62,330 nucleotides of DNA from an uncultured Roseicyclus sp. (GTDB lineage Bacteria; Pseudomonadota; Alphaproteobacteria; Rhodobacterales; Rhodobacteraceae). The notes below the pieces were generated by a model. It searched no databases. It was not told the origin of the DNA and saw only the letters and a list, made by a program, of their open reading frames with translations. How positions within the stretch are numbered: the first letter of the stretch is position 1; every line of letters starts with the position of its first letter. The DNA lies in NCBI GenBank assembly GCA_964629305.1, contig CAZVQL010000001.1:1-62330 (forward strand). The letters are read 5' to 3'. Both the position numbers and the translations under genes were made by a program. Positions 18,045 through 27,372 of this stretch are shown in pieces.

Positions 18045-18069
18045 TTCGTTCCATGGCACCGCTTGTTAC
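18045..18069 (-). promoter_or_regulatory. Putative autoregulatory ECF promoter GTAAC-N16-CGAA
   Basis: Minus strand reads TGTAAC-AAGCGGTGCCATGGAA-CGAA-TAG; CGAA ends 22 nt before the sigma GTG. Confidence 0.75.
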
Positions 18070-18175
18070 ATAGCGGCGACAAACGGCTCGCGCGAGTGTC
18101 GTCTGACGGTCGCGTCAGAACGTAGCTACGGGTGCTGCAGGAATGGTTGCGACGACGGTTGTTCGTACGCGACAC

Positions 18176-18211
18176 AGAAAGAAATGAGCCCAGCCGTCGC
18201 GGCAGGGCTCA
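18176..18211 (-). terminator. Probable intrinsic terminator after the peroxiredoxin-like gene
   Basis: Minus strand TGAGCCCTGCCG-CGA-CGGCTGGGCTCA followed by TTTCTTTC. Confidence 0.55.
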
Positions 18212-18237
18212 CCATGAAATACGCGTGGGCGTCTTGC

Positions 18238-18774
18238 TCAGACGGCGCCGGTGTATTCGCCGCGTGCGGGGTAGGATTTCTCGATCGCGAAATCGATCGC
18301 GCCGAGAAGCTCACGAAACGATGGGCGCACGAACGGCATCGACTGCACCGAAAGGTAGTAGACGGTGTTGTCGGCGTTGATCAGGAACAGGCCGGGTTCA
18401 GCGAAGAGGGCCGGTTCCTCGATCCCGATCGACGTCTTCCCACGCGAAGTCGAGATGTAGAGACCCCATTCCCGCGCCTTGGAAAGCGAGAGGTCGTAGC
18501 CGATCCGCAGCGCGGTTGCACCGATCTTGTCAGCCATGCCGCGCGCACGCTCTTCGCCGTCGGTGCTGAGCGCGATGGTCTCTATCCCGCGCTCGGCGAA
18601 GTCGGGGCTCAGCTTCTCCAGCTCGGTAAGGTAGGTGGCGCAGATCGGGCAATGCAGGCCACGGTAGAAACAGATCACCGTGCCGCGGGCGGGTGCGGCC
18701 GAAGCCAGATCGAATGTGCCCTGGTCGAGCGTGGGGACGGTCAGCGCAGGGGCGGATTGGCGGGGTAGAAGCAC
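18238..18774 (-). CDS. Peroxiredoxin-like (AhpC/TSA family) protein
   Basis: FYRGLHCPIC CxxC, IALSTD, EPGLFLI, YPARGE. GGAG precedes GTG 18774; alternative ATG 18786. Confidence 0.85.
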   Translation of the reverse strand: MLLPRQSAPALTVPTLDQGTFDLASAAPARGTVICFYRGLHCPICATYLTELEKLSPDFAERGIETIALSTDGEERARGMADKIGATALRIGYDLSLSKAREWGLYISTSRGKTSIGIEEPALFAEPGLFLINADNTVYYLSVQSMPFVRPSFRELLGAIDFAIEKSYPARGEYTGAV

Positions 18775-18821
18775 GAGATTCTCCATTGTGTCGGATGATA
18801 CATCGGCAGAGTATGGGATTC

Positions 18822-19553
18822 ATGGATGCAGATGTGACCGAATATGTTGCCGAGAGTCCCAAGGCTAGAAGGGACCGCCTGACTGCTTTGATCGCGGCGC
18901 TCCGCCCGGTCGCACGGCCTTGCCGGTCCGATGACCCTTCGGCAGCGCTGTTCGTTCATCCCGACCGGCTGGTCCTGCGCCTGCGTGGCACTGACCCGGC
19001 CTTGCGGGATGCCGAGCTTGCGATCCGCGTCGATGTCGCGATCCCGCTGCATGAGGCGCTTCAGGGATCGCCCGATTGCGTGACGCTCGCAACCGACGAC
19101 GCCCCCGGATTGCGGCAGCTTGCGCTTGTGCTGCTGGATGAGGCGCGCGGCGCGCGCTGCGGTTCGGGCGAGACAATCGCACGTCTTGCCGAGGCGCTGT
19201 TGGTGCTGGTCCTGCGCCGAGTTCTCGACGGCGCACCGCCCGCACATGGCGTCTTGGCGGGCCTGTCGCATCCGCGGCTCCATCACGCGATTGTCGCGGT
19301 CCACTCGGATCCGGGCACCACCTGGACGGTCGAGGCGTTGGCGGACCTTGCCGGCATGTCCCGATCACGCTTCATGGCCACGTTCCGCGACCTGATCGGC
19401 CTCAGCCCGTTGGCTTACGTCACGCGTTGGCGGGTCGAGTTGGCCCGCGCTGCGCTTGCGCGTGGCGCGGTTCCGCGCGACGTCGCCCGGCAGGTCGGCT
19501 ATGGCTCGCTCGCATCGCTCAGGCGGGCGATGCGACGCCACGGTGCCTGTTGA
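18822..19553 (+). CDS. AraC-family transcriptional regulator (RclR-like architecture, short N-domain)
   Basis: ARCG...ARLAEALLVLVLR, LAGLSHPRL..AI.AVH, WTVEALADLAGMSRSRF, VGYGS HTH. Confidence 0.8.
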   Translation: MDADVTEYVAESPKARRDRLTALIAALRPVARPCRSDDPSAALFVHPDRLVLRLRGTDPALRDAELAIRVDVAIPLHEALQGSPDCVTLATDDAPGLRQLALVLLDEARGARCGSGETIARLAEALLVLVLRRVLDGAPPAHGVLAGLSHPRLHHAIVAVHSDPGTTWTVEALADLAGMSRSRFMATFRDLIGLSPLAYVTRWRVELARAALARGAVPRDVARQVGYGSLASLRRAMRRHGAC

Positions 19554-19576
19554 TCGGTGCGGTGGTGTGACGGGCG

Positions 19577-19954
19577 TCAGTCGCAATCACGGAAATAGTC
19601 GGGACGCGCTTCGCGGATCTTGGGCAAGTCGGTGTGGATACGGCTCAGATGCAGCTCCACCTGGGCTTTCGCAGCCGCGGCGTCACCACGTGCCAGCTCT
19701 CGGAGGATATCCTCGTGTTCCCGGTGTGCCCGCGCCGTGTTCAAACTGAGCGACAGAAACCGAGCACGGTCCATGTGACCCTCCTGTTCCGTGATCAGCT
19801 GCCACACCTTTATGCGCTCGGCGACCTCTGCTTCGGACAGGCGGGTTCCCGGGGGCAGGTCCAGTCGAACGACTGCAGCATAGAGAGTCTCGAAGACGAC
19901 ATCGGACACCGATTGTGCGGGCGGCGTGGTCAGTGGCTTGAGCTGCAGCGTCAA
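19577..19954 (-). pseudogene. GntR/FCD regulator with a large in-frame internal deletion
   Basis: HTH start (DLPPGTRLSEAEVAER) joins directly to the FCD C-terminus (VWQLITEQEGHMDRARFLSL...HLSRI). About 100 aa are missing relative to the paralog at 27373..28059, including the recognition helix. Confidence 0.75.
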
Positions 19955-20018
19955 GCGCGGTCCTTTTCCCCGGACCGGGAGGGCAGTAGCGTACATAAGT
20001 CTTTTCACAACTGACATA

Positions 20019-20030
20019 TTAGAATACCAG
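20019..20030. promoter_or_regulatory. Putative GntR-family operator (TTAGAATACCAG)
   Basis: Variant of the palindrome CTRGTATACYAG, also found at 28209, 30789 and 30885. Confidence 0.5.
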
Positions 20031-20062
20031 TTAGGGATGTTTGATTCATGGCTGCTGAAAAA

Positions 20063-21469
20063 ATGAGCCTGACCCACCCCGATCGCTTGTTTCCCGCAGA
20101 GGAGCGGTTGCGAGGGATGGCACGCGCGCTTTACGACAGCGTCAAGCACCTTCCGATACTCAGTCCACACGGGCATTGTGACCCGCGCTGGTTTGCCGAG
20201 AACGAGCGCTTCCCGAACCCGGCCGAGCTTTTCGTGGTGCCGGATCACTATGTCTTCCGAATGCTCGTAAGCCAGGGTGCCACGCTACCGGAGCTGGGTG
20301 TGCCCCGGTCCGACGGGGGACCGGTCGAAACCGACCCGCGCGCGATCTGGCGCCGCTTTGCCGCCGGCATCCATCTGTTTCGCGGCACGCCCTCCGCGAT
20401 GTGGCTCGACCATTCCTTCGAACACGTATTCGGCCTGACCGAACCGCTGACGCCCGCCAATGCCGATGCGGTCTACGATCATATAGAAGATTGTCTTGCC
20501 CGGCCCGAATTCCGCCCGCGAGCGCTCTTCGAGCGGTTCGGGATCGAGGCGCTGGCCACGACCGAAGGCGCGCTCGACGATCTGCGCTGGCACAAGATGA
20601 TCGCCGATAGTGGCTGGCAGGGCCGGGTCATCACCACCTACCGCCCCGATGCCGTGGTCGATCCTGAGTTCGAAGGTTTCGCCGACAACGTCGCGCAATT
20701 CGGCGCGCTGACGGGCGAGGATACGACGACATGGGCGGGCTACATGAACGCACATCGCGTGCGGCGGGCGTTCTTCCGCGACCATGGCGCGACCGCGACT
20801 GACCATGGCCACCCGACCGCCCGGACCGAGAACCTGGAGCCGGCCGAGGCCGCGGCGCTTTTCGACAAGGCGCTGCGCGGGGCCTGCACGGCTGACGAGG
20901 CCGACGCCTTTCGCGGCCAGATGCTGACCGAGATGGCGCGCATGAGCCTCGAGGATGGGATGACGCTCCAGATCCATCCCGGATCGTGGCGCAACCATTC
21001 GCGCAGCGTTTTCGAAGCCCATGGGCGCGACAAGGGCTTCGACATTCCCCGCCGCACCGATTTCGTGGGCAACCTCAAGCCGCTGCTCGATGCCGTGGGC
21101 ATGGAACGCGACCTGACCGTGATCCTTTTCACGCTCGACGAGACGACCTATGGCCGCGAGCTTGCGCCGCTGGCAGGCGCTTACCCCGCGCTGCGCCTCG
21201 GCCCGCCCTGGTGGTTCTTCGACAGTTACGAAGGCATCCGCCGCTACCGCGAACTGACGACCGAAACCTGCGGTTTCTACAACACCGCCGGCTTCAACGA
21301 CGACACCCGTGCCTTTTGTTCGATCCCGGCCCGCCACGATGTCGCGCGGCGCTCGGATTGCGCCTATCTCGCCACCCTCGTCGGCACGGGAAGACTGAGG
21401 GAAAGCGAGGCGTTCGAGGTCGCACACGACCTTACCTACAGGCTGGCTAGGGAGGCCTATCGCCTGTGA
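20063..21469 (+). CDS. uxaC: Glucuronate (uronate) isomerase
   Basis: [59 protein letters not shown]. Alternative start 20048. Confidence 0.95.
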   Translation: MSLTHPDRLFPAEERLRGMARALYDSVKHLPILSPHGHCDPRWFAENERFPNPAELFVVPDHYVFRMLVSQGATLPELGVPRSDGGPVETDPRAIWRRFAAGIHLFRGTPSAMWLDHSFEHVFGLTEPLTPANADAVYDHIEDCLARPEFRPRALFERFGIEALATTEGALDDLRWHKMIADSGWQGRVITTYRPDAVVDPEFEGFADNVAQFGALTGEDTTTWAGYMNAHRVRRAFFRDHGATATDHGHPTARTENLEPAEAAALFDKALRGACTADEADAFRGQMLTEMARMSLEDGMTLQIHPGSWRNHSRSVFEAHGRDKGFDIPRRTDFVGNLKPLLDAVGMERDLTVILFTLDETTYGRELAPLAGAYPALRLGPPWWFFDSYEGIRRYRELTTETCGFYNTAGFNDDTRAFCSIPARHDVARRSDCAYLATLVGTGRLRESEAFEVAHDLTYRLAREAYRL

Positions 21470-21494
21470 CCAGTTTACCAAGGGAGGACTGACA

Positions 21495-22475
21495 ATGACT
21501 GCACTGAAGACCGCGCTGGCCGCTCTGGCCGCCACAACGGCCATGGCCACAGGCGCACTGGCCTGCGAGATCACCCTGCGCTCGTCGGACACGCACCCCG
21601 AGGGGTATCCGACCGTTGCCGCCGTCGAATACATGGGCGATCTTCTGGAAGAACGCTCGGGCGGCCGCCTCTGCGTTGAGGTCTACCACTCGGCCCAGCT
21701 CGGGCAGGAGGCCGACACGATCGAGCAGACGCAGCTCGGCGTGATCGACATGAACCGCGTCAGCCTCGGTCCGTTCAACAACATCATCGAGGAAACCAAG
21801 GTCTTCTCGCTGCCCTTCATCTTCCGCTCGACCGAGCACATGCACGCCGTCGTCGACGGTGACATCGGCGACGAGGTGCTGGCCGCCTTCGGGAACCACA
21901 ACCTTGTCGGTCTGGCCTATTTCGACGGCGGCTCGCGCAGCTTTTACAACAGAGAGCGACCCATCCGCTCGATCGAGGATATGGCCGGCCTGAGCTTCCG
22001 CGTGATGCAGTCCGACGTTTTCGTCGACATGGTGAACGCGCTGGGCGGCAACGCGACGCCCATGCCCTACGGCGAGGTCTATTCGTCGATCCAGACCGGT
22101 GTCATCGACGGGGCCGAGAACAACTGGCCCTCCTTCGAAAGCTCGGGGCATTACGAGGTTGCGGGCTACTACACGTTGAACCAGCACCTGATCGTGCCCG
22201 AGGTCCTCGTGATGTCGCAGGCCAGCTGGAACCGGCTCAGCGAGGAAGACCAGGCGCTTGTCCGTCAGGCCGCGCGCGATGCGGTCCCGCACATGCGTCA
22301 GCTCTGGGCCGAGCGCGAAGCGGCGTCCGAAGAGATCGTCCGCGCTGCCGGTGTGGAGATCATCGACGACATCGACAAGACCCCCTTCATCGAAGCCATG
22401 GTGCCCGTCTACGAGCGCCACGTCACAACCGATGCGCTGCGTGATCTCGTGACGCGCATCCAGGCTGTCCAGTAA
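21495..22475 (+). CDS. dctP: TRAP transporter solute-binding protein (DctP), likely for uronates
   Basis: Signal peptide, [34 protein letters not shown]. Confidence 0.92.
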   Translation: MTALKTALAALAATTAMATGALACEITLRSSDTHPEGYPTVAAVEYMGDLLEERSGGRLCVEVYHSAQLGQEADTIEQTQLGVIDMNRVSLGPFNNIIEETKVFSLPFIFRSTEHMHAVVDGDIGDEVLAAFGNHNLVGLAYFDGGSRSFYNRERPIRSIEDMAGLSFRVMQSDVFVDMVNALGGNATPMPYGEVYSSIQTGVIDGAENNWPSFESSGHYEVAGYYTLNQHLIVPEVLVMSQASWNRLSEEDQALVRQAARDAVPHMRQLWAEREAASEEIVRAAGVEIIDDIDKTPFIEAMVPVYERHVTTDALRDLVTRIQAVQ

Positions 22476-22491
22476 CAAGTGCAGCTGTTCG

Positions 22492-22534
22492 GCGGGTCGC
22501 CCCCAAGGGGGCGGCCCGTTTTTTCGGTTCGGGT
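22492..22534 (+). terminator. Stem-loop with T-run between dctP and dctQ (attenuator or mRNA stabiliser)
   Basis: GCGGGTCGCCCC-CAAG-GGGGCGGCCCGT followed by TTTTT. Confidence 0.6.
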
Positions 22535-22545
22535 CCGGAGGGGGG

Positions 22546-23073
22546 ATGATGCGCGCATTCGCGGAACGGCTGGCCGTGGCTTTCGGGCTCTTGGCCAAGG
22601 TCTCGCTGTACCTGTCCGGGGCGGGCCTCGTGGCGATGACCGGGTTCATCGCGTGGCAGGTCTATGGTCGCTACATCCTCAACGACACGCCCACCTGGAC
22701 CGGCAACGGATCGGTCATCATCATGGGATGGTTCATCATCCTGGGCGCCGCCGTCGGCATCCGCGAAGGCAACCACCTCAGCTTCGACGTTCTTCTGCAT
22801 GTGTTGGGACCACGCGCCAAGGCGGTGCTGCACACGGTTTCGGACCTGTTCGTCGCGGCGTTCTCGGGTGGCATGATCGTTTTCGGGGTGCAACTGGCAC
22901 AGACGACGTGGAACACCACGATCCCGAACATCGGCATATCGGGCGCGTTCAACTACGGCGCATTGATCTGGGGCGGAGTGTTGATGCTGCTCTTTTCGCT
23001 CGAGCGCATCCTGCGCCGCCTCGCGGGCCTGCCGACGGCGCGCTTCGGCGAAGCTGCGACCGCGGAGGAGTGA
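22546..23073 (+). CDS. dctQ: TRAP transporter small permease
   Basis: QVYGRYILNDTPTW, LGAAVGIREGNHL; four TM helices. Confidence 0.9.
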   Translation: MMRAFAERLAVAFGLLAKVSLYLSGAGLVAMTGFIAWQVYGRYILNDTPTWTGNGSVIIMGWFIILGAAVGIREGNHLSFDVLLHVLGPRAKAVLHTVSDLFVAAFSGGMIVFGVQLAQTTWNTTIPNIGISGAFNYGALIWGGVLMLLFSLERILRRLAGLPTARFGEAATAEE

Positions 23074-23080
23074 GCGCATC

Positions 23081-24358
23081 ATGGAAGTCTACGTTCTGTT
23101 CGGCACTTTCGCCTTTCTCCTACTAATTGGTACGCCCGTCGCCTTCTGCCTTGGCGTCTCGGCCTTCGCGACCATCATCTACATCGGCCTGCCGCCGGTC
23201 GTCGTGTTCCAGCAGCTGAATTCCGGGATGTCGGTCTTCGCGCTCATGGCGATCCCCTTTTTCATCTACGCGGGCGAGTTGATGGTGCGGGGCGATATCG
23301 CCCGGCGACTTGTCGCACTGGCGGGCGCCGCCGTGGGTCACCTGCGCGGCGGCCTCGGGCAGGTGAACATCACCGCCTCGGTCCTTTTCGGCGGCATCTC
23401 CGGCTCGGCCGCGGCCGACGCCTCGGCCATCGGGGGTCTGATGATCCCGCAAATGGAGGAACGGGGCTACGACAAGGATTACGCCGTCAACGTCACGGTC
23501 GTGTCCTCGATCATCGCGCTGATGCTGCCGCCCTCGCACAACCTGATCATCTACTCGATCGCGGCTGGTGGGCGCATCTCGATCGCGGACCTGTTCACTG
23601 CGGGTATTCTGCCCGGACTCATCCTTGCCATCGCGCTGATGGTCACGGCCTGGTTCGTGGCGCGCAATCGGGGTTATCCGACAGAGCGCTTCCCCGGTGC
23701 GGCGGTGATGGGGCGCATCTTCCTCAACGCGATCCCGGGCCTGATCCTTGTGGCGATCATTTTCGGCGGCGTACGCTCGGGCGTCTTCACTGCCTCGGAA
23801 AGCTCGTGCATCGCGGTGGTCTACGCCCTTCTGGTGACGCTGGTCGCCTATCGCACACTCGGCTGGAGCGATTTTGTCGCGGCCACGCTGGGGGCGGTGC
23901 GCACGGCGTCGATGGTGCTGTTGGTCATTGGCTGCGCGGCGTCTTTCGCGTGGCTTCTGGCCTACATGCGCATCCCGGCCTCGCTCGCCCAGACGATGAC
24001 CGAGTTGTCGTCGAACCCGCTGGTGATCCTGCTGGTCCTGAACCTTGTCCTGCTGCTGCTTGGCACCTTCATGGACATGTCGCCGCTGATCGCGATTACG
24101 ACGCCGATCTTCCTGCCGGTGGCGACCGCGGTGGGCGTCGATCCGGTCCATTTCGGGATCATCATGGTCCTGAACCTCGGCATCGGCTTGTGTACGCCGC
24201 CGGTTGGCGCGGTGTTGTTCGTGGGCTGCGCAGTTGGCAAGGTGCCGGTGGGGCGGGTCATCCGTACCATCTGGCCCTTCTACCTCGCCGCCGTCGTGAC
24301 GTTGATGATCGTGACCTACATCCCCGCCGTGTCGTTGTGGCTGCCGTCGCTCTTCTGA
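23081..24358 (+). CDS. dctM: TRAP transporter large permease
   Basis: AIPFFI, FGGISGSAAADA, PPSHNLIIY, GLCTPPVG. Confidence 0.93.
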   Translation: MEVYVLFGTFAFLLLIGTPVAFCLGVSAFATIIYIGLPPVVVFQQLNSGMSVFALMAIPFFIYAGELMVRGDIARRLVALAGAAVGHLRGGLGQVNITASVLFGGISGSAAADASAIGGLMIPQMEERGYDKDYAVNVTVVSSIIALMLPPSHNLIIYSIAAGGRISIADLFTAGILPGLILAIALMVTAWFVARNRGYPTERFPGAAVMGRIFLNAIPGLILVAIIFGGVRSGVFTASESSCIAVVYALLVTLVAYRTLGWSDFVAATLGAVRTASMVLLVIGCAASFAWLLAYMRIPASLAQTMTELSSNPLVILLVLNLVLLLLGTFMDMSPLIAITTPIFLPVATAVGVDPVHFGIIMVLNLGIGLCTPPVGAVLFVGCAVGKVPVGRVIRTIWPFYLAAVVTLMIVTYIPAVSLWLPSLF

Positions 24359-24411
24359 CAGGGGCGATCGCCCCTGGTACAGAGCACGGCATGATCTGCC
24401 GAGACTGACCG

Positions 24412-25866
24412 TTGGAGACGCCATTGACCGACTTGCCCCGCCTGACGCGAAAGGCACCGGCGCCCGGTGTCGGGATCGTTCATTTCGGCCCCGGGGCCTT
24501 TTTCCGGGCCTTCAACGCGATCTGGACGGAAGAGGCGATGGCCGCTGCAGGCGGTGACTGGGGCATCTGCGCCGTCTCGCTGCAAAGCCCCACCGCCCGC
24601 GACCAGTTGGGGCCACAGGATGGGGTCTATACTTCGGTCACGCTGACGCACGAGGGGCCGCAACACCGTGTGATCGGATCTGTCGTGAAGGTGCTTGTCG
24701 CGCCCGAGAACCCCGAGGCGGTGCTGCTGGCGATGACCGCGCCCGAGGTGCGGGTCGTGTCCTTGACCATCACCGAGAAGGGGTATTGCCACGAACCTTC
24801 GACCGGGCGGCTGCGGCTCGATCATCCGGGGATTGCAGCCGACCTGGCCAATCCCACGGCACCTACGACCGCGCCGGGCTTCATCATCGAGGCGTTGGCG
24901 CGGCGAAGGAATACGGGCGTTGCGCCCTTCACGGTGCTGAGTTGCGACAACCTTCCCCACAACGGGTCGCTGGTGCGTGGCGTGGTACTCGACATGGCGC
25001 GGGCGCGGGATGCGGAACTCGCCCAGTGGATCGACAAGCATGTCCGCTTTCCCGCGACGATGGTCGACCGGATCACGCCTGCCACAACCCCGGCGGATGT
25101 CGAGGCGCTGGGCGACGCGCGTGGCTACCACGACCCGGCCTGCGTGATGCACGAGCCGTTTCGGCAATGGGTCATCGAGGATGATTTCATCGGCGGCGCC
25201 CGCCCCGCATGGGAAGCGGCGGGGGTCCAGATGGTGCAGGATGTCGCCCCCTTCGAGACGATGAAACTGCGCTGCCTGAACGGCACCCATTCCGCGCTGG
25301 CCTATCTCGGCTATCTCGCCGGTCACGAGACGATTTCCGACGCGGTGGCCGACCCTGCCTTTGTGGCCTATTGCCGTCACCTCTGGTCGCGGGAAATCCT
25401 GCCGACGGTGCCACAACCCGAGGGTGAGGACCTGCCGCGCTATTGCGAGGCGCTGCTGAAGCGCTATGCCAACCCGGCAATTCGGCACCGGACATGGCAG
25501 ATCGCGATGGATGGAAGCCAGAAACTGCCGCAACGATTGCTCGGCACGCTCTCTGACGGTCTTGCCGCAGGCAGGCCAGTGCGGGGGCTGGTCCTCGCCG
25601 TTGCGAGCTGGATGCGCTACGCTGGTGGCACCGATGAGACGGGCCAGCCGATCGATGTCCGCGACCCCATGGCCGGGCGGCTTCTTGCGGCCTGGGACAG
25701 TGCCGATGACGCCGCAGGGCGGGTCTCGGCCTTTCTGGCGATCCGAGATGTCTTCCCGGAAGACCTTGCCCGGAACACCGGGCTGCAAGAGGGTCTGACA
25801 GAAGCGCTCGAGGGCCTGACGCGGCGCGGTGCGCGTGCCATGATCCTGGCGTTGACCGATACGTGA
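24412..25866 (+). CDS. uxuB: Mannitol dehydrogenase family protein (fructuronate/mannonate oxidoreductase, UxuB-like)
   Basis: GIVHFGPGAFFRA, LTITEKGY, LSCDNLPHNG, MVDRITPA, KLRCLNGTHS, QIAMDGSQKLPQR. TTG start uncertain. Confidence 0.8.
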   Translation: METPLTDLPRLTRKAPAPGVGIVHFGPGAFFRAFNAIWTEEAMAAAGGDWGICAVSLQSPTARDQLGPQDGVYTSVTLTHEGPQHRVIGSVVKVLVAPENPEAVLLAMTAPEVRVVSLTITEKGYCHEPSTGRLRLDHPGIAADLANPTAPTTAPGFIIEALARRRNTGVAPFTVLSCDNLPHNGSLVRGVVLDMARARDAELAQWIDKHVRFPATMVDRITPATTPADVEALGDARGYHDPACVMHEPFRQWVIEDDFIGGARPAWEAAGVQMVQDVAPFETMKLRCLNGTHSALAYLGYLAGHETISDAVADPAFVAYCRHLWSREILPTVPQPEGEDLPRYCEALLKRYANPAIRHRTWQIAMDGSQKLPQRLLGTLSDGLAAGRPVRGLVLAVASWMRYAGGTDETGQPIDVRDPMAGRLLAAWDSADDAAGRVSAFLAIRDVFPEDLARNTGLQEGLTEALEGLTRRGARAMILALTDT

Positions 25867-25878
25867 GAAGACGCGCCC

Positions 25879-27360
25879 ATGCCCGACCCGATCCTCCTTC
25901 ATCCCGCTGACGACGTGGTTATCCTGACCGAGAAGCAGGGTGCCATACCTGCCGGCCACAAGCTGGCGCGCCATGACGTCGCCGCGGGCCGACCGATCCG
26001 AAAGTTTGGCCAGATCATTGGGTATGCCACGACCGATATCGCGGCGGGCGACCATGTCCACAGCCACAACTGCGCGATCGGAGAGCATGACCGCAGCTAC
26101 GACGTTGGCGTCGACCTGAAGGCCGCGCAGGCCGCGATCCCCACCGCGTCGCACATGACGTTCAAGGGCTTTCGCCGCCCTGACGGACGGGTGGGCACCC
26201 GCAACTATATCGTCCTGTGCGCCACGGTGAACTGTTCGGCGACCGTGATCCGGCAGGCGGCGGAAGAGATCCGTGCCAGCGGCATCCTGAACGATTACGG
26301 CAACATCGACGGCATCTTCGCGCTGGCCCACGGCACCGGCTGCGGCATGGCCTCGGACGGGCCGGGCTGGGACAACCTGCAACGGGTGCTCTGGGGCTAT
26401 GCCACGCATCCGAACGTGGGCGCGGCCGTCTTCGTTGGCCTTGGTTGCGAGGTGATGCAGGTCGCTCGGATGAAGGCGGCCTTTGCCGGAACCGGGCAGG
26501 AGCGGTTTCACGGCCTGACCATCCAGGACACCGGCGGCACGCGCGCCACCATCGCGGCGATCCGTGAACGGGTCGAGGCGCTGCTGCCAGAGGTGAACGC
26601 GACCGCGCGCAGCGATTGCCCCGCCTCGGCCCTGACCGTTGCGCTCCAATGCGGCGGGTCGGACGGCTATTCAGGCATCACCGCGAACCCCGCGCTGGGC
26701 GTCGCCGCGGACAGGCTGGTGGGGCAGGGCGGTGCGGTGATCCTGTCGGAAACCCCCGAGATCTACGGGGCCGAGCAACTGCTGATCCGGCGCGCCGCGA
26801 GCCCTGCCGTGGCCGAGAAACTGCTCGAACGCATCCACTGGTGGGAGGGGTACACCGCCATGCATGGCGGTTCGATGGACAACAACCCGACGCCCGGCAA
26901 CAAGGCGGGTGGGCTGACCACGATCCTGGAAAAGTCGCTTGGTGCCGCGGCCAAGGGCGGGGCCACGCCGCTGGCAGACGTGGTGGGCTACGGCGAACAG
27001 GTGACCGCGCCCGGCCTGACCTTCATGGACACGCCCGGCTACGATCCGGTCTCGGTCACGGGGCAGATCGCGGGTGGTGCGCAGGTGGTGGTCTTCACCA
27101 CGGGGCGGGGGTCGGCTTTCGGCTCCAAGCCTGCGCCGACGATCAAGCTGGCGACCAACGACCGGCTCTTCGCCGCGATGCCCGATGACATGGACATCAA
27201 CTGCGGCGACATCGTCAGCGCGGGTGTGAGCCTCGAGGACAAGGGGGCCGAGATCCTCGCGGAAATCATCGCAGTCGCCTCGGGGAAGGTCACGAAAAGC
27301 GAGGCGCTCGGCCTTGGCGATCACGAGATCCTGCCCTGGCAGATCGGCGCGGTGATGTAA
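25879..27360 (+). CDS. uxaA: UxaA/GarD family sugar-acid dehydratase with N-terminal SAF domain
   Basis: IPAGHKLA, VHSHN, VGTRNY, HGTGCG, CGGSDGYSGITANPALG, NNPTPGNKAGGLTTILEKSLGA. Confidence 0.8.
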   Translation: MPDPILLHPADDVVILTEKQGAIPAGHKLARHDVAAGRPIRKFGQIIGYATTDIAAGDHVHSHNCAIGEHDRSYDVGVDLKAAQAAIPTASHMTFKGFRRPDGRVGTRNYIVLCATVNCSATVIRQAAEEIRASGILNDYGNIDGIFALAHGTGCGMASDGPGWDNLQRVLWGYATHPNVGAAVFVGLGCEVMQVARMKAAFAGTGQERFHGLTIQDTGGTRATIAAIRERVEALLPEVNATARSDCPASALTVALQCGGSDGYSGITANPALGVAADRLVGQGGAVILSETPEIYGAEQLLIRRAASPAVAEKLLERIHWWEGYTAMHGGSMDNNPTPGNKAGGLTTILEKSLGAAAKGGATPLADVVGYGEQVTAPGLTFMDTPGYDPVSVTGQIAGGAQVVVFTTGRGSAFGSKPAPTIKLATNDRLFAAMPDDMDINCGDIVSAGVSLEDKGAEILAEIIAVASGKVTKSEALGLGDHEILPWQIGAVM

Positions 27361-27372
27361 GCCGCGCCCGCC

